Part shown: piece by piece, positions 45,072-56,320 of the stretch | How the letters are laid out: each line of letters starts with the position of its first letter | How positions within the stretch are numbered: position 1 is the first letter of the stretch | Origin: TPA_inf: Saccharomyces | Lineage: Eukaryota | NCBI GenBank assembly: GCA_000146045.2 | Contig: BK006934.2 | Coordinates: forward strand, 288,001 to 352,000 | Direction: 5' to 3' | DNA length: 64,000 nucleotides | Notes under the pieces: model-generated | Seen by the model: only the letters and a program-made list of their open reading frames with translations | The model's database searches: none | Told to the model about the DNA's origin: nothing | Translations under genes and position numbers: made by a program

Positions 45072-46394
45072 ATGAATGACTACCATCTCGAGGATACCAC
45101 GTCTGAACTTGAAGCATTAAGATTGGAGAATGCACAATTAAGAGAGCAGCTTGCCAAGAGAGAAGACAGCAGCCGCGACTACCCATTATCTTTGGAAGAA
45201 TACCAACGTTACGGAAGACAAATGATTGTTGAAGAAACAGGTGGTGTAGCAGGTCAAGTCAAGTTGAAAAATACAAAAGTTTTGGTAGTTGGTGCTGGAG
45301 GTTTGGGATGTCCCGCCTTGCCCTACTTAGCGGGCGCTGGCGTGGGCCAAATAGGCATAGTAGATAACGATGTGGTGGAGACTTCCAATTTGCATAGGCA
45401 GGTTCTTCATGATTCTAGCAGAGTTGGAATGTTGAAATGTGAGTCGGCCAGGCAATATATCACGAAACTGAACCCACACATTAACGTCGTTACCTATCCC
45501 GTTAGATTGAACTCCAGTAATGCTTTTGACATTTTCAAAGGTTACAATTATATATTAGACTGCACAGATTCTCCATTAACGAGATACCTGGTGTCTGATG
45601 TTGCAGTTAATCTGGGAATAACAGTAGTGTCTGCATCCGGTTTGGGAACAGAGGGCCAGCTAACTATATTGAATTTTAACAATATAGGGCCATGCTACAG
45701 ATGCTTTTATCCAACACCTCCGCCACCAAATGCCGTGACCTCTTGCCAAGAAGGCGGTGTGATAGGACCTTGCATTGGACTAGTTGGAACAATGATGGCT
45801 GTAGAAACTTTGAAGCTTATCCTAGGAATCTACACCAATGAAAATTTTAGTCCCTTTTTGATGTTATATTCAGGTTTCCCACAGCAGAGCCTGCGCACTT
45901 TCAAAATGAGAGGCAGACAAGAAAAGTGTCTATGCTGTGGTAAGAATCGAACGATAACAAAAGAAGCCATCGAAAAAGGTGAGATCAATTACGAACTGTT
46001 TTGTGGCGCACGAAACTATAATGTATGCGAGCCTGATGAGAGAATCAGTGTGGACGCATTTCAGCGTATCTACAAGGATGATGAATTTCTAGCAAAACAT
46101 ATATTTCTTGATGTTAGGCCATCCCATCATTACGAGATATCTCATTTCCCTGAAGCAGTTAATATTCCAATCAAAAATCTAAGAGATATGAACGGTGATC
46201 TTAAGAAACTGCAAGAAAAACTTCCCAGTGTAGAAAAAGACAGTAATATAGTGATTCTTTGCCGCTACGGTAACGACTCTCAGCTAGCTACAAGATTATT
46301 GAAGGATAAATTTGGGTTTTCTAATGTACGAGACGTGAGAGGAGGATACTTCAAATACATAGACGATATTGATCAAACCATTCCTAAATATTAG
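45072..46394 (+). CDS. UBA4: UBA4, Urm1-activating E1-like enzyme (MoeB/ThiF plus rhodanese domains, 440 aa)
   Basis: Nucleotide-binding GAGGLGCPA, CxxC pairs and a C-terminal rhodanese fold with the catalytic Cys (LCRYGNDSQ). Confidence 0.92.
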   Translation: MNDYHLEDTTSELEALRLENAQLREQLAKREDSSRDYPLSLEEYQRYGRQMIVEETGGVAGQVKLKNTKVLVVGAGGLGCPALPYLAGAGVGQIGIVDNDVVETSNLHRQVLHDSSRVGMLKCESARQYITKLNPHINVVTYPVRLNSSNAFDIFKGYNYILDCTDSPLTRYLVSDVAVNLGITVVSASGLGTEGQLTILNFNNIGPCYRCFYPTPPPPNAVTSCQEGGVIGPCIGLVGTMMAVETLKLILGIYTNENFSPFLMLYSGFPQQSLRTFKMRGRQEKCLCCGKNRTITKEAIEKGEINYELFCGARNYNVCEPDERISVDAFQRIYKDDEFLAKHIFLDVRPSHHYEISHFPEAVNIPIKNLRDMNGDLKKLQEKLPSVEKDSNIVILCRYGNDSQLATRLLKDKFGFSNVRDVRGGYFKYIDDIDQTIPKY

Positions 46395-46526
46395 TTGACC
46401 TATACATGTATAACGTGTATATGTAACTTTATTTTTTTTTATCCCTTTCCCTCCTTTCATTATTTCTTCTTGTCTGTCACTTATGCTCTATAACAGGAAT
46501 GTTTTCGACACACTTGAGCAATTTAT

Positions 46527-47663
46527 TCAGGCTGCATCCTGCAATTCTTTCAAGGCCGAAGCCAAATCCTTAATCAAATCATTAGCGGATTCACAGCCCA
46601 CAGATACTCTTATTAAAGTTTGGTCGATATATGGGTCAGTCATTGCTCTCCATTCCACAAGGGATTCAATTCCACCCAGTGAGGTCGCATGATGGAAATA
46701 TTTCAGCTTGAGGGGTAATTGTTTACACTGCTCTTTGGTGTACAAAGTGATAGCAAAAACGGGACCATATCCTCCTACCAGTTGCTTTTTAACGAACTCT
46801 TCTGTTTGTAAAGAAGAGTGGTAAATCGTCTTCAATACTTTGTCAAATTCAGATTGGTGATCTGACAAAAATCTAACTAATTTCGTAGCATTTTCTGATT
46901 GTTTGGTTATTCTCATTTCGTAGGTTCTCAGGGATCGCAACAACATGAAACTTTCCAAATTTGCCACGTTTGTACCCAAGTAGATTCTGTCGTCTTTTAG
47001 TTGTCGGGAAGTTGCTTCCTCTTTGACTACAAGGACGCCACTTAACAAGTCAGAATGACCACCAAAGTACTTAGTAGCAGAGTATAGGACAATATCGGCT
47101 CCGAAATTCCATGCGTATTGCAATGGAGGAGATGCGAATGTGGAATCCACTATAAGCAGGGCGCCTTTTGCATGAGCTCTGCGGGCCAAACTCTCGATAT
47201 CAGAAGAGGTACCATATGGGTTTACAGGAGATTCCAGATGGACAATGTCACCTTCAGAAGCACATTTTTCAATATCTTCCAAGGGGTGTTGCTCAATGCC
47301 GTAATTACGGGTCAATATGTTAGCAATTGCTCGAACACCATGGTAGCTCTGTCCGATAAAGATCTTCTTAGGGTTGTAATGTACCATTGCCGCATAGAAC
47401 GCAGCTAACCCTGAAGAATAAATGACAGCATAACCATCGAGGATCTCTGAGAAGATACTCTCTAATCTGGTGCTATTTGGATGCGCTAGCCGTGAATATA
47501 CGGGCTTCTTCTCCATAAAGTCCAAGTTTTCACGCTCTGTCCATGGAATTAGGTCGTCATCGTCGTAACGGAAGGTTGTAGAGACATTAATTGGGGGCGC
47601 CACGTCAGTAACCCTGTTATCTTTATCATCGCCATGAATCAAAGCTGTTGACAAGTCCACCAT
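46527..47663 (-). CDS. YHR112C, PLP-dependent cystathionine gamma-synthase / beta-lyase-like enzyme of unknown role (378 aa)
   Basis: Cys/Met-metabolism PLP-enzyme fold with the PLP-lysine region ([11 protein letters not shown]). 378 aa. Confidence 0.85.
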
Positions 47664-47831
47664 CTTACGTACTCTTTTCGTGCAATCTTTCCTTTATAGC
47701 ATGTACTACAACATTTGAAGAGATGGAGGGATTGCAACGATCTATTGTTGCGCAATATGCTTATATATCGCGTGTTGCATAAACCCATCAAGTGATCGCA
47801 CTCTGAATTAAACACCGCAAAAAAATAGAAA

Positions 47832-47840
47832 CCACAGTTT
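47832..47840 (-). promoter_or_regulatory. Met31/Met32 core site AAACTGTGG (reverse strand), about 170 bp upstream of YHR112C
   Basis: The plus strand reads CCACAGTTT, whose reverse complement is AAACTGTGG, an exact match to the Met31/32 core. Confidence 0.5.
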
Positions 47841-48022
47841 CACCATTTGACAAGAACTCACAAGATATCCTTGAGGTCTATCAGTAAGTGGTTAATCCCG
47901 TACCAAAGCGTATGTGAAGGACTTCAGAAACAGTTATTTCACGTACTACAATTATTACAACTGGCCCTCTTTCCCTTATATATACTGTAAATATTGCGAC
48001 TGACATGGAGACCACATAATCA

Positions 48023-48029
48023 CACGTGA
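48023..48029. promoter_or_regulatory. CACGTGA E-box (Cbf1/Pho4-type) in the YHR112C-APE4 divergent intergenic region
   Basis: acaCACGTGAtaa. It lies 360 bp upstream of YHR112C and 310 bp upstream of APE4. Confidence 0.4.
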
Positions 48030-48336
48030 TAAATAGTCCCGTTCAACTTACGTATATAATGTGATTCAGTGTTCCGCCAAGGAGTAAACTCCTTTAGTTT
48101 AAGGTCTGCTTATTTTTGCAACAGAAGCCTGCCTTGGCTTTCGAGATACTAGTTTCTGGCTACGGTTTTCTATTCCTTATCATTTTAGCCTTATCATACT
48201 TGCTGAAAAGTTGCAGATATCTCCACGCTCTTAAATGAAAGAAAAAAGGGCGTTTTCCTCCTGTATGAATGAAAGAAAAAATTCATGTTATGTGAGCAAG
48301 TAGGTAAAAAGAAAGAATAAAAGGTTCAGCTTTTCT

Positions 48337-49809
48337 ATGTTCAGGATACAACTGAGAACTATGTCCAGCAAAACATGCAAGAGTGATTACCCAAAGGAGT
48401 TTGTCAGTTTCTTAAATAGCTCACACTCTCCTTACCATACAGTTCATAACATCAAAAAGCATCTGGTGTCAAATGGCTTCAAAGAGTTGAGCGAACGTGA
48501 CTCGTGGGCTGGCCACGTCGCACAAAAAGGAAAGTACTTTGTGACAAGAAATGGCTCTTCCATTATTGCGTTTGCTGTTGGTGGAAAGTGGGAGCCTGGT
48601 AATCCAATTGCCATTACGGGTGCTCACACCGACTCCCCCGCATTAAGGATTAAGCCTATTTCTAAAAGAGTCAGTGAGAAGTATTTACAAGTGGGCGTGG
48701 AAACTTATGGTGGCGCTATTTGGCATTCATGGTTTGATAAGGATTTGGGCGTTGCCGGAAGAGTTTTCGTAAAGGATGCGAAAACTGGCAAATCCATTGC
48801 TAGATTGGTGGATTTGAATAGACCTCTGTTAAAGATTCCTACTTTGGCTATTCATCTGGACAGAGACGTAAATCAAAAATTCGAGTTTAATAGAGAAACT
48901 CAACTGTTGCCGATTGGTGGTCTGCAAGAAGACAAAACTGAAGCGAAAACTGAAAAGGAAATTAATAACGGTGAGTTTACCTCCATAAAAACGATAGTAC
49001 AGAGGCATCACGCAGAACTTTTGGGGCTAATAGCCAAAGAACTCGCCATTGATACAATTGAAGACATTGAAGACTTCGAATTGATCCTTTATGATCATAA
49101 TGCATCCACTCTAGGTGGGTTCAACGATGAGTTTGTCTTCTCTGGTCGATTGGATAATTTGACATCTTGTTTCACATCAATGCACGGTTTAACGTTGGCG
49201 GCTGACACAGAAATTGACCGAGAATCAGGCATTAGATTGATGGCATGCTTTGATCATGAGGAGATTGGCTCATCCTCCGCCCAAGGGGCAGATTCTAACT
49301 TCTTGCCTAATATATTGGAAAGGTTGTCCATCCTGAAGGGGGACGGTTCTGATCAAACTAAACCTTTGTTTCACTCGGCAATATTGGAAACTTCCGCTAA
49401 GTCGTTTTTCCTTTCATCTGATGTTGCTCATGCAGTTCATCCAAACTATGCAAACAAATACGAAAGCCAACACAAACCCTTATTGGGTGGTGGTCCCGTA
49501 ATCAAGATTAACGCGAATCAACGTTACATGACCAATTCACCAGGGTTGGTCTTGGTGAAAAGACTAGCAGAGGCTGCTAAAGTCCCTTTGCAATTGTTTG
49601 TCGTAGCTAACGACTCACCATGCGGTTCTACCATCGGCCCCATTTTGGCCTCAAAGACAGGTATTAGAACTCTAGACTTGGGTAATCCTGTGTTGAGTAT
49701 GCATTCGATTAGAGAGACCGGTGGCTCTGCAGACCTGGAGTTCCAAATCAAGTTATTTAAGGAATTTTTTGAACGCTACACTTCCATAGAATCTGAAATT
49801 GTTGTCTAA
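48337..49809 (+). CDS. APE4: APE4, M18-family aspartyl aminopeptidase (490 aa)
   Basis: M18 metal-binding His/Asp/Glu motifs (HTDSP, DHEEIGS). 490 aa. Confidence 0.9.
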   Translation: MFRIQLRTMSSKTCKSDYPKEFVSFLNSSHSPYHTVHNIKKHLVSNGFKELSERDSWAGHVAQKGKYFVTRNGSSIIAFAVGGKWEPGNPIAITGAHTDSPALRIKPISKRVSEKYLQVGVETYGGAIWHSWFDKDLGVAGRVFVKDAKTGKSIARLVDLNRPLLKIPTLAIHLDRDVNQKFEFNRETQLLPIGGLQEDKTEAKTEKEINNGEFTSIKTIVQRHHAELLGLIAKELAIDTIEDIEDFELILYDHNASTLGGFNDEFVFSGRLDNLTSCFTSMHGLTLAADTEIDRESGIRLMACFDHEEIGSSSAQGADSNFLPNILERLSILKGDGSDQTKPLFHSAILETSAKSFFLSSDVAHAVHPNYANKYESQHKPLLGGGPVIKINANQRYMTNSPGLVLVKRLAEAAKVPLQLFVVANDSPCGSTIGPILASKTGIRTLDLGNPVLSMHSIRETGGSADLEFQIKLFKEFFERYTSIESEIVV

Positions 49810-50082
49810 ACTGCAATTGTTAGATGATTCATAATCCGGTATATTTATTGCCCTCTTTTGTATTTTACAAATAGTAAATATATATAATATCTTGTGATCT
49901 ACATAAGCTTTCGCGGGGTCTTCAGAAAAATAAAAAGTTTTTAAAAGAATATACGCTTAGCAAAGGAATAGACAGATTTAGTTTGTACGCAAATAGTTTT
50001 TGAAGAAGGTAGCAGATTGATCAATTTTGTATGAGCGGAAATCTATCCTTAAACGCCAACTACTACATTACTTGCAATAAAA

Positions 50083-51984
50083 ATGAGTGCAGATTTATCG
50101 ATTGGTAATGAAATTAAAGATTCATTTAAGGAAACCCATAAATGGGTCCAAAATAACTTAAAATGGTTGAAGGACATTGAGCAATTTTATCGGGAAAGGG
50201 CTAAGTTAGAAAAAGACTACAGCGAGAGATTATCTCGCTTATCAGCAGAGTACTTTAATAAGAAGTCTTCGACCTCAGTTCCTATCTCGGTAGGTGACAC
50301 ACCTACTACCACGCCAGGGTCCATTGAAGCTGCAGGTGTGGTTGCATGGAATGAAATTCTATCTCAGACTGATATGATTTCCAAGGATCATGATCAGTTA
50401 TCAACCGACTTTGAAAATCATGTAGCAAATCAATTGAGTGGATTATTCACTAAACTTGATATGACTTTGAGCAAGATAAATGGATTTAACAATGACATGG
50501 TTAATAAAAAGGATAACATTTACCACGAACTGGAAAAAGCGAAGAAGGACTATGATGAAGCCTGTTCCACTATGGAAATGGCAAGAAATAGGTATACCAA
50601 GGCATCTAATGATAGAAATAAAAAGAAGTTGGATGAAAAAGAAATGGAGATGAACAAGTGTAAAAATGAATATTTAATCAAGATCAACCAGGCAAATAGA
50701 ACTAAGGATAAATACTATTTTCAAGATGTTCCTGAAGTGCTAGATCTTCTACAAGACGTAAATGAGGCAAAGACCCTTTTCTTAAATGATCTGTGGTTGA
50801 AGGCGGCTTCTGTCGAGAACGATCTGGGTGCAAATGTCAGCAAAAGACTCCAGGCGGCAAATTCTGTTGTCAAGCAGAATAAACCCTCTTTAAACACGGC
50901 CATCTTTATCAAGCACAATCTAAAGAATTGGAAAGAACCACAAGACTTTGTCTATAAGCCATCTCCAGTATGGCATGATGATGAAAAATTTGCTGTTCCC
51001 TCGTCGTTGGAAGTTGAAGACTTGAGAATAAAACTGGCAAAAGCAGAAAATGATTACAATTCATTGCAAGATAAAACTCAAAATGAGTTATCCAAACTGT
51101 CTACTTTGAACAAGATAAAGCACGAAATGAAAACTAATGAAGATAATATCAATGCCACTAAGTTTTATGATACACTAAAGGAATACTTAAATGTCGTTTC
51201 ACCCTTTACCTCACACGAAACATTAAAATTGCAAGCCGAAGTTCAAATCGAAAGTATTCAGAATAATGTTCCTGAAGAATACGATTTATCCACAGACAAT
51301 ATTGATCTTTCCAAAACAAAGAAGAAATCCGGGATATTCAGTAAGTTCAAACACAACATCCTGAACGTCGACTCGAAGCCTTCGAGTGGAGGGAGCACTG
51401 GTAATGGCAACGGAGGACCCTTGCATATAACAAGTCTCTTCAACACATCAAGAAGAACTAGGCTAGGCTCTGCCCCTAACAACGCTGGTGAAGATTCAGA
51501 TAATAATTCTATACGCACCACTAGTACCAACAATACAAAAAAGACCACACAAAATTCCAGTGATGACGGCAAGAATAAAGTGTTGTATGCATACGTACAA
51601 AAGGATGATGACGAAATCACCATTACGCCAGGAGACAAAATCTCTTTGGTTGCACGCGATACGGGTTCTGGATGGACTAAGATAAATAACGACACCACTG
51701 GGGAAACCGGCCTTGTACCCACCACATATATTCGCATATCTAGCGCGGCTACAGTTAAAGCAAATGATAGAGGCCCTGCACCAGAAGTACCACCACCAAG
51801 AAGGAGTACACTACCTGTTAGGACGATGGAGGCCATATATGCCTACGAAGCACAGGGAGATGATGAGATTTCAATTGATCCGGGGGACATAATTACTGTT
51901 ATCAGAGGCGATGACGGTAGCGGGTGGACATATGGTGAATGTGACGGATTGAAAGGTCTATTTCCTACAAGTTACTGTAAATGA
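50083..51984 (+). CDS. BZZ1: BZZ1, F-BAR protein with two C-terminal SH3 domains (633 aa), an actin-patch regulator
   Basis: N-terminal FCH/F-BAR coiled coil. Two SH3 domains (ALYAYVQKDDDEITI... and AIYAYEAQGDDEISI...). Confidence 0.9.
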   Translation: MSADLSIGNEIKDSFKETHKWVQNNLKWLKDIEQFYRERAKLEKDYSERLSRLSAEYFNKKSSTSVPISVGDTPTTTPGSIEAAGVVAWNEILSQTDMISKDHDQLSTDFENHVANQLSGLFTKLDMTLSKINGFNNDMVNKKDNIYHELEKAKKDYDEACSTMEMARNRYTKASNDRNKKKLDEKEMEMNKCKNEYLIKINQANRTKDKYYFQDVPEVLDLLQDVNEAKTLFLNDLWLKAASVENDLGANVSKRLQAANSVVKQNKPSLNTAIFIKHNLKNWKEPQDFVYKPSPVWHDDEKFAVPSSLEVEDLRIKLAKAENDYNSLQDKTQNELSKLSTLNKIKHEMKTNEDNINATKFYDTLKEYLNVVSPFTSHETLKLQAEVQIESIQNNVPEEYDLSTDNIDLSKTKKKSGIFSKFKHNILNVDSKPSSGGSTGNGNGGPLHITSLFNTSRRTRLGSAPNNAGEDSDNNSIRTTSTNNTKKTTQNSSDDGKNKVLYAYVQKDDDEITITPGDKISLVARDTGSGWTKINNDTTGETGLVPTTYIRISSAATVKANDRGPAPEVPPPRRSTLPVRTMEAIYAYEAQGDDEISIDPGDIITVIRGDDGSGWTYGECDGLKGLFPTSYCK

Positions 51985-52057
51985 ACGAAGGAATGAACTG
52001 AAACTATTAAATATTTTCCCTGGCCGCCACTTTTTTGAGAGGTATGACGACTCTATG

Positions 52058-52058
<1 letters not shown>

Positions 52059-52090
<32 letters not shown>
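52059..52090. repeat. (TA)16 microsatellite in the 124-bp convergent BZZ1/DMA1 3' intergenic region
   Basis: A perfect 32-bp TA repeat. TATATA is the yeast 3'-end efficiency element, so it likely serves both terminators. Confidence 0.9.
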
Positions 52091-52091
<1 letters not shown>

Positions 52092-52108
52092 CACAAAATT
52101 TCATGTGA

Positions 52109-53359
52109 TCAATCTACTAGGCGAACACCTAAATTGTTATTTATTTCCATGTCTATATCCATTTCAATGTCTGGCTCATCTTCGTCCTCGTTTTCGAATT
52201 CGGATTCAGATTCGGATTCCAAGGTAGTCTCCAAATCACAGTTTGTCCTACAGTTCGGACACATGAATTGAGGATAATTCATAATAACCAATCTTCTTAC
52301 ACAATGAAAATGCCAACTATGGGCACATGGTGATATAAAAATGGCTTGGCAAGGTTTTATTTTGTTTAGACAAATGGAACAGTCTTCTTGTTCTAAACCA
52401 GTAGTTAGTTTCTGTAGATTTTTTATTCGGCTCAAGGCTTCTTTATTAAATGCATTGGCCTTTAATTTCCAAGACTTGTTCAATTCTATTTTCATCTTAA
52501 CACAACGATATATCTCTTCCGTCCCGCCGCGAAAGTCCATACCCAGCTGTATGATATCTCCGTCATGTAAAAGGTAGTCCTTAGAAGTGGTAGACGCAGA
52601 AGATAGACGCTGGTGGTTCAAAAAGGTCCCACTGGAAGACTTGACATCTTTCAAAAACCAGTTTCCTTGGTCATCAACTTTGAAACACCCATGGGTCCTG
52701 GATATCACTTTTGATTTGAACACTACGGGATGATACTGATCTGGAATTTTGGAAATTGCCTCTCTTACTCTTTCGGTGTATCTTCCGATGATAATTTGCG
52801 AGCCTGCGCCCGCAGTCCTGATAATGGGGTCAAAGAAAAGACCCTGGTTAGCCACAGACGTGGATGAAGTATCTATAAACGGGGTTAGCCTAATGCTGAA
52901 AAGCCCGTGCTTGTCCATTCTGCGTTTCAAAGTAGATTGGTCTATCCGTTCCGGTAGCGAGGTATTTGGTGGGAGATGTATATCAAGTGAAAACTCCGTC
53001 TGATTGACTTGGTTTGGAGGATATATGAAATGGCGGATACTCTTTGTAGTGTTCACCGCGGGGGCTGTATTCGTCTCCACAGTGGCAGCAGCAGCAGCAG
53101 TAGCACCAACATTGCCGTTTGCGCTACCGTTATTTGCAACGACTAAAGAAGTAGCCGTACGCGAGGGCAAAATACCTAAACCATTGCTAACGCTATTATT
53201 ATTGCTGTTATTGTTAGGCGTATCGTTAATGGTGAGAGAGATGGATATCGGTAGTCTGATGGGATTGTTGAACTTGGTGTGATCGTGAGAGGTAGCGATG
53301 CCAGAAGCAGCAGGTGGCGTCTGGTTTGGGGGAGATGAGGGAACAGTATTAGTAGACAT
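52109..53359 (-). CDS. DMA1: DMA1, FHA-RING E3 ubiquitin ligase (416 aa)
   Basis: First ATG at 53359 (the ORF track start is GTG). It has an FHA domain and a C-terminal RING finger (CSICLNKI...CAHSWHFHC...CPNC). Confidence 0.88.
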   Translation of the reverse strand: MSTNTVPSSPPNQTPPAASGIATSHDHTKFNNPIRLPISISLTINDTPNNNSNNNSVSNGLGILPSRTATSLVVANNGSANGNVGATAAAAATVETNTAPAVNTTKSIRHFIYPPNQVNQTEFSLDIHLPPNTSLPERIDQSTLKRRMDKHGLFSIRLTPFIDTSSTSVANQGLFFDPIIRTAGAGSQIIIGRYTERVREAISKIPDQYHPVVFKSKVISRTHGCFKVDDQGNWFLKDVKSSSGTFLNHQRLSSASTTSKDYLLHDGDIIQLGMDFRGGTEEIYRCVKMKIELNKSWKLKANAFNKEALSRIKNLQKLTTGLEQEDCSICLNKIKPCQAIFISPCAHSWHFHCVRRLVIMNYPQFMCPNCRTNCDLETTLESESESEFENEDEDEPDIEMDIDMEINNNLGVRLVD

Positions 53360-53664
53360 CCAGGAATAACCACTATACAGAACGTATGTGCACAGGAAAT
53401 CGACACTGTAAGAAGAAAAGCTCACGGCACAAGAGTCAGAAACAGGGCAGTGAACAAAGAACGAGAAGTACGGTTTACAGTTGAGCCGTACACCGAGTTC
53501 CTCTTTGAATAATATCGAACCTATACACTAATGCACTAATGTGTTTCTGTTCACACCCAGAATTCTAAGGCTCCTGCTGATCCCAATGCTAAGGTTTATC
53601 AATTTTCTCATTCTCTTTGTGGGCCGTAAACAGTGATATTCTCTCACGAGAGCGCTTAAAGAGA

Positions 53665-54120
53665 ATGGAGAAGCCCAGCCCCACCAGGCGGCAAACTAGT
53701 AGTCTCTCCACTATCTCCAACGGTATGACCATGACCAACGATAATAGGGATACCACAAATACCAACAGTGGCTCTACAAGCAGCAACAATTCACAACCAT
53801 CTTCGTCTTCCACGCCACCAGCGGCCAGTGGACCCGTAACGGACAGAACCAAAGTCAACTATGTACCAAAGAGCGACGATCCGTCGTCATTTCAATACTA
53901 CCCAGACGACCCGGAGAACCCGGTCAATAAGTATAAATTCGCGTTAAAGGCTGACAGTCAGTACTATGATCCTTGTGAGGAGTCCTCCAAGCTCAGTTTT
54001 CAGTGCCTCGAGCGCAACGATTACGACCGATCCAAGTGCCAAGAATATTTTGACGCATACCGCGAATGCAAGAAACAATGGCTGACAGCCAGGAGGAAAA
54101 ACAGACAGCAGTGGGAATGA
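53665..54120 (+). CDS. COX23: COX23, mitochondrial IMS twin-Cx9C protein for cytochrome oxidase assembly (151 aa)
   Basis: First ATG at 53665 (the ORF track start is TTG). CHCH twin Cx9C: [11 protein letters not shown] ... [11 protein letters not shown]. Confidence 0.88.
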   Translation: MEKPSPTRRQTSSLSTISNGMTMTNDNRDTTNTNSGSTSSNNSQPSSSSTPPAASGPVTDRTKVNYVPKSDDPSSFQYYPDDPENPVNKYKFALKADSQYYDPCEESSKLSFQCLERNDYDRSKCQEYFDAYRECKKQWLTARRKNRQQWE

Positions 54121-54348
54121 GGCAGCCTTTTCTTCTTGTTTGTTCAGCTGTGATCTGTTTTCTATATAGATCGCCACTACGCGACGTAGTGTTCCGACAG
54201 GCAGCCACAGCACACTCTAGTGCAATGTGAAAAACTAATTCGCAATGGTATGTAAATAAGCAAGCTAAATTGGATTTTCAAAGTGCGAATAAAGAATTTT
54301 TTGTATATATCTCTACATACTTGTATATACCGAACATAAGAAGCTCTT

Positions 54349-56268
54349 ATGGCCGAAAACTCCCTCCTGAGGTTTATCACCAAGAACAAAGTGGCCATCC
54401 TAGCAACGGTCTCTGCGGGGACTGCTGCTGTGGGTGCTTATGTTTACTACCAGCAAATTAAGCAGCAGCAACAGCAGCAATTGAAGGGTACAAAAGACAA
54501 CCGACGTCAAAGTGAGGCCTTTGCTGGTCAAAATGAAGACGAGGCGGACTTAAAGGACGACGGCAGCGTCGTAAGTGGAAGTAATAAGAGGAAGAAGAAG
54601 AAGAATAAACGCAAGAGGAACAATAAGGCAAAATCGGGAGAAGGGTTTGACTATCCCTCCTTGCCCAATGGCGAGCCTGATATTGCCCAATTGAAAGGCC
54701 TATCACCCTCCCAGAGACAAGCGTATGCCGTGCAACTGAAGAACAGAGGTAACCACTTCTTCACTGCTAAGAATTTTAATGAGGCCATCAAATACTACCA
54801 GTATGCCATTGAGCTGGACCCGAATGAACCAGTGTTCTATTCCAACATATCTGCTTGTTACATTTCTACGGGCGACTTAGAGAAGGTTATAGAGTTCACT
54901 ACAAAGGCACTTGAGATAAAACCTGACCATTCTAAAGCCTTGCTGAGACGTGCATCTGCCAACGAGTCACTGGGCAACTTCACTGATGCTATGTTTGATC
55001 TATCTGTTTTGTCATTGAATGGTGACTTTGATGGAGCCTCCATTGAACCTATGCTGGAAAGAAATTTAAATAAGCAAGCAATGAAAGTACTAAATGAAAA
55101 CCTATCGAAGGATGAAGGCAGAGGCTCGCAGGTTTTGCCGTCTAACACATCTCTGGCGTCATTTTTTGGGATTTTTGACTCTCACTTAGAAGTTTCTAGT
55201 GTGAACACCAGTTCAAACTACGATACTGCATACGCTCTATTGTCAGATGCTTTGCAAAGACTATATTCTGCAACAGATGAAGGTTACTTAGTAGCAAACG
55301 ATCTTTTAACAAAGTCCACTGACATGTACCACTCTCTACTTTCTGCAAATACAGTGGACGATCCTTTAAGAGAGAATGCTGCCTTGGCATTGTGCTACAC
55401 GGGTATTTTCCATTTCTTAAAAAATAACCTGTTAGATGCCCAAGTTCTTTTACAAGAATCTATAAACCTGCATCCAACACCAAATTCGTACATATTTTTG
55501 GCATTGACCTTGGCCGATAAAGAAAACTCTCAAGAATTTTTCAAATTTTTCCAAAAAGCTGTTGATCTAAACCCTGAGTATCCGCCAACCTATTACCACC
55601 GTGGGCAGATGTATTTTATTCTACAAGATTATAAAAATGCCAAGGAAGATTTCCAAAAGGCCCAAAGCTTGAACCCTGAAAATGTTTATCCCTACATTCA
55701 ATTAGCCTGTTTGTTGTACAAGCAAGGTAAATTTACCGAATCTGAAGCTTTTTTCAATGAAACAAAGTTGAAGTTTCCTACCTTACCTGAGGTGCCCACC
55801 TTTTTCGCTGAAATCTTGACAGATAGGGGCGATTTTGATACTGCAATTAAACAATATGATATTGCTAAAAGGTTGGAAGAAGTGCAAGAAAAAATACATG
55901 TGGGTATAGGACCCTTGATTGGGAAAGCAACTATATTAGCTAGACAATCCTCTCAAGATCCAACCCAGTTGGATGAAGAGAAATTCAACGCAGCCATTAA
56001 GCTGCTGACAAAAGCCTGTGAATTAGATCCACGATCTGAACAAGCGAAGATCGGGTTAGCACAACTAAAATTACAAATGGAAAAAATTGACGAGGCCATA
56101 GAATTGTTTGAAGATTCTGCAATTTTAGCAAGAACTATGGATGAAAAACTTCAAGCTACTACCTTCGCGGAAGCTGCAAAGATACAAAAGCGTTTGAGGG
56201 CTGATCCAATCATAAGTGCAAAGATGGAGCTAACATTAGCTCGTTATAGGGCTAAAGGCATGCTTTAG
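54349..56268 (+). CDS. TOM71: TOM71, mitochondrial outer-membrane TPR receptor (639 aa), TOM70 paralog
   Basis: N-terminal TM anchor ([20 protein letters not shown]), a Lys-rich linker and multiple TPR repeats. Confidence 0.9.
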
Positions 56269-56320
56269 AAGATATGTCAGGTATTGGTCAAATATATACT
56301 TTTAGTTAATACTGGATATG

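Noticed and set aside
54585-54640. AAG/AAGAAG repeat in TOM71 ([14 protein letters not shown]) and GAA/GAG repeats in ORC6 and SET1 acidic blocks, considered as microsatellite features
   Set aside because: These are coding low-complexity linkers (a basic linker after the TOM71 TM anchor, and acidic patches). They are in frame and expected for these proteins, not independent repeat elements.
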